Shown here in pieces: positions 20,981 to 30,151 of a DNA stretch of 64,000 nucleotides. The position numbers were made by a program, and so were the translations under genes. The notes beneath the pieces are model-generated. The model worked only from the letters and a program-made list of their open reading frames with translations, did not search any database and had not been told where the DNA came from. Source of the stretch: an uncultured virus (IMG/VR IMGVR_UViG_3300023202_000179) (lineage: Duplodnaviria; Heunggongvirae; Uroviricota; Caudoviricetes); IMG/VR virus record IMGVR_UViG_3300023202_000179. One strand, written 5' to 3'. Numbering within the stretch: position 1 is the first letter of the stretch; each line of letters starts with the position of its first letter.

Positions 20981-21050
20981 ATCGGGCGCAGTAGTCGCCG
21001 CGGGGTGAATACTCCCCCGCGGCCCACGTCGAAGTAGAACAGGAACCAAA

Positions 21051-21407
21051 ATGCTCAAACTACACAACACGATCACCGTAACAATCACCAGAGACGCCCA
21101 GAGGGCCGCAATCATCGCCGGTCAGGACGCCGCGCGACAACAGACGTACGTCGTTAGCCACTCGCTCGTGGTTGGACGACACGGCGATCGCCGGAGACAC
21201 GAAGGTGCGCGAATGACGGCACTAGACGACAGTCTCCTACCTCCGCGCGAGCGGGGGGCGTTCCTCGCCATGGAGATCGAAGATCTCGATTACGATCTCC
21301 GCGCGCCCGCAATGCACGAGTGTGGGCAAGGGCGCCTCGAACCTCGCTCCCCGGCTTGTCCGGAGATCGTAATACCATTCGGGGTGGAATGCATCCGAAC
21401 CGACTGA
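21051..21407 (+). CDS. Small hypothetical protein (cassette 3)
   Basis: ATG directly after cassette RBS. Confidence 0.55.
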   Translation: MLKLHNTITVTITRDAQRAAIIAGQDAARQQTYVVSHSLVVGRHGDRRRHEGARMTALDDSLLPPRERGAFLAMEIEDLDYDLRAPAMHECGQGRLEPRSPACPEIVIPFGVECIRTD

Positions 21408-21650
21408 CCTACCGTCCAGACAACCCCACCCCGATCCCGCAAGGGTCGGGGCCTAGGGGCGAACCATGAGGGGTAGCCCAATGTGGGACCAAGAAGACAC
21501 GCAAGAAATTGACCCAAAAGAGATCGAAGAGATGCTACTCTCTGAGCGTCGCCTACATGCGGAAAGGCGGCGCCTCAAGCGTCGAACCGCGATCCGCAAC
21601 TTCGTCGGAAACGTTCGGCGGAAAATCCGAGAAATGAAAGGGAACAAAAC

Positions 21651-23183
<1,533 letters not shown>

Positions 23184-23570
23184 TGCTCAAGCTATGGACC
23201 AAAAGCGGTTCACTATATGAAGTGGACGAGGACCGGAAGCGGATCCGAAGAAGTGGACCTGCTTCGGGCTGTCGCACCGGTGTGGAGCGTTGCACGGGGC
23301 AATGGCGAACGTACGATGAGATCAGTTACGGGCTCGGGCGCGTGATCCTCATCGTGTGGCCACCAACAGGGGAACCGCTCAGGAGCGGCGAATACCCTTC
23401 GGCGACCACGCTTACAACAGTCGTGCAAAAGATCGGTTACGACTACAGGAAAGAGACCCTGGAAGGGATGGAGAACGATGGATGAGGAAAAGAGATGACA
23501 TACTACGTTGTGATGTTGAACGACTCTCCAGAGATGGTACTCACCTGCAAAGCCCGGGCTGACGAAGTAC

Positions 23571-23820
23571 GACGTAAGCTCAACTGCCCCGACGTCGGTA
23601 TGATCGTTCATGTACGGACAGTGGGGGATTACGACGAGAAACTCGAACGCTACGTGTACGATACCGTTCGAGCCCGTTTCGGGCGCGACCGAAAGACTCC
23701 ACCCGGTCGATGACGTAAACTCAACTGCCCCGACGTCGGTATGATCGTTCATGTACGGGCAGTGGGGGATTACGACGTAACTCAACTGCCCCGACGTCGG
23801 TATGATCGTTCATGTACGGG
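23571..23820 (+). repeat. Three near-identical 47-66 bp direct repeats
   Basis: Core CTCAACTGCCCCGACGTCGGTATGATCGTTCATGTACGG in copies starting at 23571, 23712 and 23774. Confidence 0.9.
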
Positions 23821-24105
23821 TCATTCGAGGATGAAGCGTTCCTGGACCTGTGGTGCTACTACGAGGCGAGTACAACGCACACCCCGAGCTCCTCGGCGGT
23901 GTGTTCGAGCGGTACGGGTGGGAAGCGGGCCTTGAAGAGCCCCCGCAAGTGCAAGAAGCTCGGGTTCGCCGAGGCTGAGGGCTTGATCCCGGTTCACCGC
24001 TTCGTGGAGCTCGACAAAGTTGTAACGAGAAGAGCAAGGATCCGATCACCATCCCTCTCGAAGGCGGGTCGAAGCGGTTGGCGAAGAAGCGGTCGGCTCG
24101 GAGGG

Positions 24106-24134
24106 TTGACATCGCTGAGAGGCGGGAGTAGTCT
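24106..24134 (+). promoter_or_regulatory. Sigma70-type promoter of the Cas12/TnpB-like gene
   Basis: TTGACA-17 nt-TAGTCT. Confidence 0.7.
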
Positions 24135-24145
24135 CGTGCCTGAGG

Positions 24146-25714
24146 ATGGAGATGGAGAAGACGATTATCAGAGCCTACAAGTTCCGGTTGTACCCGAACA
24201 AAGCCCAGATCCGGCGCTTCGAGCAGTTCAGCGATGCAGCCAAGTTTGCATGGAACTGGACACTCCGGTTTACCCAGAAGCAGCGAGAAGACGAGCTCAT
24301 CAGACTGAGGCTGCTTGAACCTCTGGATCCGGACAAGAAGCTGAGCAAGCCCCAGAGGAAGGCGCGCAAGTTCGCGATCCGAGACGCCGGGAGGAAAGCC
24401 AAGGAACTGGGTCTACCGCTCAAGCTCAGTTACAACAAGAGAGTCAAGAAACTAGTAGATCTCGGGTTTCTGCAGTCCACCGAAGAGCCCACAGGGAAGG
24501 CAGAGAAAAAAGCGAGGAGGATCGAGGTAGAGCAAGCCGAAAGGCGGGCAGCCGAGAGCGGGTACATTCTCCCTCCTCCGGAGCTCGACCCGCTGACCCT
24601 CTACCGCTGTTTCTGTCAGGAGAGGGATACCAATCCCGATTTCGCTTGGATCAAGAAAGAAGAGATCTACTCCCACGCATACAAGTACCCGATCGATCGC
24701 TTGGTCAAAGCGTACAAGGATTGGTTCAATTTCTTGGAAAAGAAGGGACCGAAAAAAGGACCCCCACAGTTCAAGGGGAGGACCGCTCCTTTGTCCTTCA
24801 CGCTACAGTTGCAGAATTGGATCTCCGTCGAAGGAGGGCTGAGAGTCCCGGGACTGAAGCGCAAAGCGGACGACAAGAGCATGTATCGGGTGAGGTGTCG
24901 TCCGAACCCGGAGGACATCATCAAATCCGGGAAGCCGTGTGAGATCACCGTCCGTCGCGTCGCCGACCGCTGGTACGCAACCGTCGTCTTCAAAGAGGTC
25001 CTGTACGAGCCGAAGCCAACACCCAGGAAGACAGCGGTTGGCGTCGATCTAGGGCTGAACAGTCTCGTCACCTTGTACGATGGCGAAGGGTACCGAGAGG
25101 TTGAACCCCCCAAGTGTCTTGCCCGTGCCCAGAAGATACTCGCAAAGCTTCAGCGGCAGCAAGCCAAGAAAGTCGTTGGATCGAAGCGCCACTTCAAACA
25201 GCGGATGCGAGTGGCGCGTCTCCATGCACAGGTAGCCAACACCCGCTACGATTTTTTGCAGAAACTCTCTTGCAAACTGGTGGACGAGTATGATACGGTT
25301 GTCGTCGAAGGTTTCGACGTGTCCAAGCTAGTTCACACAGGGGTGGAAGGGACCAACAAGCAAAAAGCCAGCAAGCGCCTGAAAATGCTGGATGCGTCTT
25401 GGGGGGAGCTCCGGCGGCAGCTGGATTACAAGTCCAACTGGAACGATCGAGTTTTCATTGTCCCACCCAAAAACGAACCGACTGACCAGACCTGTTCGGA
25501 GTGCGGAGCGCTCAACAAGCCCTCACTCAAGACCAGCGTCTACAAATGCAGCGAGTGTGGATTTTCCTCGACAAGACAGAGGAACACCGCTAAGCTTCTA
25601 CTGAGTTTCGCCACCGGCAACGGTGGAGGAAGTACCCCGGGTGGCGGGGGAACTTACGCACGTGGAGTGGAGGGTAAGTCTCCTTCGGAGGCGGATCTCC
25701 ACACTGAAGCGTGA
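24146..25714 (+). CDS. tnpB: CRISPR-associated TnpB/Cas12f-like protein (type V), RuvC-III Asp replaced
   Basis: N-terminal RAYKFRLYPN..Q...AWN (IS605 OrfB HTH), RuvC-I VGVDLG, RuvC-II VVVEG, CxxC..CxxC zinc ribbon, RuvC-III reads TRQRNTAKLL rather than xRDxNAAxNI; adjacent to the array. Confidence 0.9.
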   Translation: MEMEKTIIRAYKFRLYPNKAQIRRFEQFSDAAKFAWNWTLRFTQKQREDELIRLRLLEPLDPDKKLSKPQRKARKFAIRDAGRKAKELGLPLKLSYNKRVKKLVDLGFLQSTEEPTGKAEKKARRIEVEQAERRAAESGYILPPPELDPLTLYRCFCQERDTNPDFAWIKKEEIYSHAYKYPIDRLVKAYKDWFNFLEKKGPKKGPPQFKGRTAPLSFTLQLQNWISVEGGLRVPGLKRKADDKSMYRVRCRPNPEDIIKSGKPCEITVRRVADRWYATVVFKEVLYEPKPTPRKTAVGVDLGLNSLVTLYDGEGYREVEPPKCLARAQKILAKLQRQQAKKVVGSKRHFKQRMRVARLHAQVANTRYDFLQKLSCKLVDEYDTVVVEGFDVSKLVHTGVEGTNKQKASKRLKMLDASWGELRRQLDYKSNWNDRVFIVPPKNEPTDQTCSECGALNKPSLKTSVYKCSECGFSSTRQRNTAKLLLSFATGNGGGSTPGGGGTYARGVEGKSPSEADLHTEA

Positions 25715-25768
25715 ACGACTACACCTTCGGGAGGTGTCCCGGGGAGGCCCAACCTCCCCGGGTTTTTT
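25645..25768 (+). ncRNA. Putative tracrRNA / omegaRNA-derived scaffold overlapping the gene 3' end
   Basis: GAACTTACGCACGTGGAG...CTCCACACTGAAGCGTGAA resembles TnpB omegaRNA scaffolds; 25711-25735 pairs 21/25 with the CRISPR repeat; ends in a terminator; 5' boundary is approximate. Confidence 0.75.
25738..25768 (+). terminator. Rho-independent terminator ending the cas/tracr transcript
   Basis: CCCGGGGAGG-CCCAA-CCTCCCCGGG-TTTTTT. Confidence 0.9.
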
Positions 25769-25885
25769 AGCCCGCCGTCCTTGCGCTAGCATGCAAGGAC
25801 GGGATCTCCCAACGTCGGAGCCCCCGTGCTAGCGCAAGAGAAGAAGAACAAGGTTCAGCGCTTTGCTCCTAGAAGAGAAGGGGGA

Positions 25886-26681
25886 GTAACATCAACCTCC
25901 CGAACGAGTAGACGATCACACGAACTTCCGCCAGTCGGCCTCGCTCGCGAAGTCGGCTGTAACATCAACCTCCCGAACGAGTAGACGATCACACCGGGGT
26001 CCCGTACTTGCTGATGTCAACGATCTTCCGGTAACATCAACCTCCCGAACGAGTAGACGATCACACTCGGTGTCTTCGCCAGTCACGCTCATGCGCAAAA
26101 TCGTAACATCAACCTCCCGAACGAGTAGACGATCACACGCGTTGAGAAAGGCGTGGATCCACTCGTCTTTGATGTAACATCAACCTCCCGAACGAGTAGA
26201 CGATCACACCGACCGCCTCGAACTCCCCTGGACGTACATGCAAAAGTAACATCAACCTCCCGAACGAGTAGACGATCACACTGGAAAGCGAACGCCCAAC
26301 GAAGATGCCCTTGCATGTAACATCAACCTCCCGAACGAGTAGACGATCACACTCAGTGGAACGCTCGGCAGAAGTATCCGCTGGATTGGAGTAACATCAA
26401 CCTCCCGAACGAGTAGACGATCACACTGCGGCACCTCTACAACGAAGACGACTTGAGACGGGTAACATCAACCTCCCGAACGAGTAGACGATCACACGAA
26501 GGACATCGATTGAGAAAGGCCAAGGTAACATCAACCTCCCGAACGAGTAGACGATCACACGAAAGCTGGATTTGTTCTCCGATTTGCCGTGAGCGGTAAC
26601 ATCAACCTCCCGAACGAGTAGACGATCACATGCCGAGATGATCGCGTAACATCAACCTCCCGAACGAGTAGACGATCACAC
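25886..26681 (+). CRISPR. CRISPR array: 12 repeats of 36 bp, 11 spacers
   Basis: Repeat GTAACATCAACCTCCCGAACGAGTAGACGATCACAC at 25886, 25959, 26031, 26103, 26174, 26246, 26317, 26391, 26462, 26525, 26596, 26646; spacers 35-38 bp except 27 bp and ~14-15 bp near the right (trailer) end. Confidence 0.98.
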
Positions 26682-26694
26682 CCGAAGGCAAAAA

Positions 26695-26725
26695 CAAACC
26701 CCGCAGCGGATGACTGCGGGGTTTG
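26695..26725. terminator. Hairpin after the array
   Basis: CAAACCCCGCAG-7nt-CTGCGGGGTTTG preceded by an A-run (bidirectional). Confidence 0.7.
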
Positions 26726-26776
26726 CGAGGAGGGAGAGATGGTTTCTTTTCTCAGAGAGTCGACTTGGTAACCAAG

Positions 26777-29700
26777 ATGAGCGTAGACCAGGATCCAGAT
26801 GTTGTCAAGGGGGTACCGCCCAATCTTTCTCTGCAAAGGGGCGGGTGGCTCCCAGATGCAGCCCTTGAACGCTACGGAAGCCGATTCCTGGCCGTTGCCA
26901 AGGCTTTAGCCCACATCGGTAACATCGTCCCGGGTTTCGTCAACAAGGTCCCGCGGGTGAAGTTCCAGCGGTTCCATCACATTGGATCTCCGCGGATCTC
27001 CGACGAGCTCATGCACTCTTGGGGTCTTGGTTGCAGCGACTTCGACGGGCACAACGCCGTCGGTCGCCTCCCTCGCGAACCGGGGGAGGACGATCCGGTC
27101 GATGCAACACCGCTGTTTCTTGTAGCGTCGGGACGCATCGGCGTGATCGACGTCGACGACATGAAAATGCTGCCGACAGTGCTAGATGTGCTGCCCGATT
27201 CACCGCTTTGGGTCTCCACCGGCCGCGACGGAGGCGGTGTACACATCTACTTCAGAACCCCCGAAAAGGTACAGTCGCGGAACCACATCCTCCCAGGCGT
27301 TGATCTCAAAGCGCACGGCGCCTATGTCGTAGCCCCCGGCGCGCTACATGCCTCGGGTATCGAATACACCTGCACCCTCAGATACGAGGACCTCTCTGCC
27401 GGAGGTTGGTGGGGATCGCTGCCTATATTGACGCAGGAGATGCGCAGCGATCTCGTCGCTCTGGGTCAGGCTCTCAAAGGGCAGCGGTCACGCTCGCGCG
27501 GAGCGATGAAGCGAACGCGAACCGAAGCGGGGCCACACCCCCTCGAAGGTGCCGAGCTCAAGGCCGGGGAGATCCCCGCGGAAATGACGCAGCGCTACGG
27601 GTCTGAGGGCGAGCTTACCATCGAGCCGACGCCCCAGATCGAAACGTTCTGGCGCGTGGTCGACAAAAACGTTGGCGACGCCGTGTTCCGCGAGGGTGCG
27701 CGAGAAGCGGTGCGGCAGGTGTACGGGCTGGCCTGGGACTACCTCGCCAACCCGGAGACCGACTGTCGCGACAGTGACATCCCCGAGTGGATCCACCTCG
27801 CCGTACGCTTGTCACCTTGGATGAAAAAAGCGGTCCCGGCCTGGCACATCGAAGCGCTGCGACATCACTTCCCCCGTTTCTGGTCAGGTCTGGAGAGTGA
27901 GCCAGGCTACATGTGGGATCCGCTGCTCGACACAAGTGCGCCGACCGCGGGTCCATGCGATTTTTTGACCCATGCTCTGAGTTTAAAAAACGAAAACCGA
28001 AGCGATCTCGACTGGTTGAGGAAGAAACAACCCAAAAGTGCGGCAATCGCGGGTCCACCAGAAGCTAGAATTAACTACTCAGTAGCTGGTGACCCCTCGG
28101 AGTGTGGGATCGCGGACCGCGTTCGAAGTCGAGTTCGCAGTGCGGGTGAGGAATGTTCGATCCGCGGTGGACTTATCGTCGCTGGTATGGGCACCGGAAA
28201 AGGCGAGGTCGTTCAGGACTACATCGACAGGTGTGAGGCCAGCGGTCTCACGTACCGCGTCGTCGTTCCGTCCAGAGCGCTCTCCTACGAAGCGGCGGCG
28301 CGTTTTTCGCTGAGGCACTATGCTGACTCGGCAAATACGGCACAAGCGACGACCTTACAGTCAGCGCTCAAAGCGCAAGAGGAATTCGACCGGTGGATCG
28401 TCGACGAGATGCGCGATCTACTCAGTCAGATCTTCTCGCTCAGCGGAAGCAAAGGACGCGATCAGTTGGACGAGCTTTGTAAGTTCGCGGCCCGAGGGGC
28501 GTTGCTCGCGACCTGTGCTGACATGACCGAACGCGCGTCTAAGGCTTTTTGTGAAGTGGTCAAACATTATTGTCGCGACCGCCAGATTCCCGAGGTCGAC
28601 TTCCCGGTCCGCTTCGTTGAAGGGCATGTTTTACGTAAGACGGTCGAGCGTTTGACGCTCGATGAGATCGATGAAGCATTGTTGGAGTGTACGGGCAAAT
28701 CGCAGGTGTTGTGCGCTTCTGTCCGCGGTGCCGAGACCGTTGTGCAGCTACTACTCGCCGCTGGGAAGAACGTCTACCCGAACATCGTCGGGGGTGACCG
28801 CAGCCGCAAACCATGCCGAAACCTCGATGAGGTTTTCACGATGTATGACGTCGTCGTCGGTACAAGCGCCATGGCAGTTGGGGTCAACATCAACACACCG
28901 CTGGACCTCCAAGCGGTTTACTACGATCACAACGGCACGACCCCGCGAACGATTCGTCAGGGTATCGGCCGCGGAAGGAAATGTGAAAACGTCAAGATCT
29001 ACGTGCCGGGGTGGGGGGCAGGTCCGAATCGATCGCGCGCGCGACCGACACGTATCCGGACAGTCAAGCGTATGCTTACTGAGCATCACAAGGTGGGGCG
29101 AGCGCTCGCTGGGCATACTTACGAAAACGGGTTGTACCACAACGATGCGGCGCTCTCGTTGTGGGCAATCCTCGAAGCCGAAGATAACCAGGGCAAGAAC
29201 GACCCCGTCGGCGAGTTGCAGCGCATGTTTGACGCGGTGAGATGGGAGCACGAGCTCGGCTACCCAGGTGAGAACGAGCCGTCGGCCGCGCGCAAGATCG
29301 CCAAAGGTGAAGCGGTTGACGAGGACGTACAGAACATCCGCACCGCCCGCAAGATGAACGAGCCCGAGTATGTGGCGGTTCAGAACGCTGTCGAACCGAC
29401 GGATACGCAGATATACGCGAAGCGGCGCTACGAGATCGAGACGTTCCATGGTGAGGAGATCGGGGCGTCGAATCAGGCCGAGGAGGCCGGGCGCCGTCAA
29501 GAGCTGACGACCGCTGACCGCCGCGGACGGTTGCGCGAGCGCATCACACGTTCCCAGATCGCTCAAGCAGTGCAGCGCCACGGTACCGACGTCTGTCTCC
29601 TCGACATCGCGGTCCGCGGAAAGGGCACTTACGACAAGGAGACCGATCGTTGGGTTCAGAGAGCGACGACTCAGCGCACGACATGGCGCGCGACCCAGGT

Positions 29701-30148
29701 TTGGCTCGCAGCGTTCCTGTTCGAGCAGCTCACCAAAGAGAAACCTGGCACCGTTGTAACGTTACCGCTGAATTGGGATGTGGACCTCGCTTTGCTTCTT
29801 GAAAGCGAAGCGGCGGTGTTGCGGGTCGCTGGTGAGTCTTGGACGTTGCGATCACTGGCCCAAGCGATGCACCCGAAGCGGTACATCCCGCGCAACAGTC
29901 AGCAGGTCAAAAACTGGGCTCTCGGAGTCTTCCGCTCGTGCGCTCACATCCCACAACCGATAAGACGACGCGGTGTTCCGGGAGATCCCGATAGACGCTG
30001 GCGGGAGTACACCATCGAGTGGTTCGAGGAGAAGCCGGGATGCACGCAAGCTGAGCTCGACGAAGAGATCCGGGTCTCCAAACTGCAGATTGCGGAGGTC
30101 GAAGGCGAACCGCTTGACGCCGTGCGCGATGTGTGGGATAGGGTCTAG
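26777..30148 (+). CDS. Bifunctional primase-polymerase fused to SF2 / origin-binding-protein-like helicase
   Basis: VIDVDD, STGRDGGGVHIYF, GVDLKAHGAYVVAPG (Prim-Pol); AGMGTGKG, IVDE, TSAMAVGVNI, QGIGRGR. Confidence 0.8.
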   Translation: MSVDQDPDVVKGVPPNLSLQRGGWLPDAALERYGSRFLAVAKALAHIGNIVPGFVNKVPRVKFQRFHHIGSPRISDELMHSWGLGCSDFDGHNAVGRLPREPGEDDPVDATPLFLVASGRIGVIDVDDMKMLPTVLDVLPDSPLWVSTGRDGGGVHIYFRTPEKVQSRNHILPGVDLKAHGAYVVAPGALHASGIEYTCTLRYEDLSAGGWWGSLPILTQEMRSDLVALGQALKGQRSRSRGAMKRTRTEAGPHPLEGAELKAGEIPAEMTQRYGSEGELTIEPTPQIETFWRVVDKNVGDAVFREGAREAVRQVYGLAWDYLANPETDCRDSDIPEWIHLAVRLSPWMKKAVPAWHIEALRHHFPRFWSGLESEPGYMWDPLLDTSAPTAGPCDFLTHALSLKNENRSDLDWLRKKQPKSAAIAGPPEARINYSVAGDPSECGIADRVRSRVRSAGEECSIRGGLIVAGMGTGKGEVVQDYIDRCEASGLTYRVVVPSRALSYEAAARFSLRHYADSANTAQATTLQSALKAQEEFDRWIVDEMRDLLSQIFSLSGSKGRDQLDELCKFAARGALLATCADMTERASKAFCEVVKHYCRDRQIPEVDFPVRFVEGHVLRKTVERLTLDEIDEALLECTGKSQVLCASVRGAETVVQLLLAAGKNVYPNIVGGDRSRKPCRNLDEVFTMYDVVVGTSAMAVGVNINTPLDLQAVYYDHNGTTPRTIRQGIGRGRKCENVKIYVPGWGAGPNRSRARPTRIRTVKRMLTEHHKVGRALAGHTYENGLYHNDAALSLWAILEAEDNQGKNDPVGELQRMFDAVRWEHELGYPGENEPSAARKIAKGEAVDEDVQNIRTARKMNEPEYVAVQNAVEPTDTQIYAKRRYEIETFHGEEIGASNQAEEAGRRQELTTADRRGRLRERITRSQIAQAVQRHGTDVCLLDIAVRGKGTYDKETDRWVQRATTQRTTWRATQVWLAAFLFEQLTKEKPGTVVTLPLNWDVDLALLLESEAAVLRVAGESWTLRSLAQAMHPKRYIPRNSQQVKNWALGVFRSCAHIPQPIRRRGVPGDPDRRWREYTIEWFEEKPGCTQAELDEEIRVSKLQIAEVEGEPLDAVRDVWDRV

Positions 30149-30151
30149 GTC

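Larger units (their letters stand above)
20385..21050 (+). repeat. Three copies of a ~60-bp palindrome+RBS cassette upstream of small ORFs
   Basis: CGCGGGG(A/T)GAATACTCCCC(C)GCG...CGTC(A/G)AAGTA...CAGGA at 20385, 20676 and 20995, each ending at an ATG (20450, 20741, 21051). Confidence 0.85.

Noticed and set aside
23598..23617. GTATGATCGT in the triplicated segment as a second anti-repeat
   Set aside because: Only 9/10 nt of similarity, and it lies within coding sequence; a far better anti-repeat exists at 25711.
24146..25768. Intact IS605/IS200 transposon
   Set aside because: No tnpA or serine recombinase is adjacent, and the 3' scaffold ends in a terminator followed by an array rather than a transposon right end.
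25916..26836. Minus-strand ORFs with repeated CDRLLVREVDVT
   Set aside because: They are translations of the CRISPR repeats.
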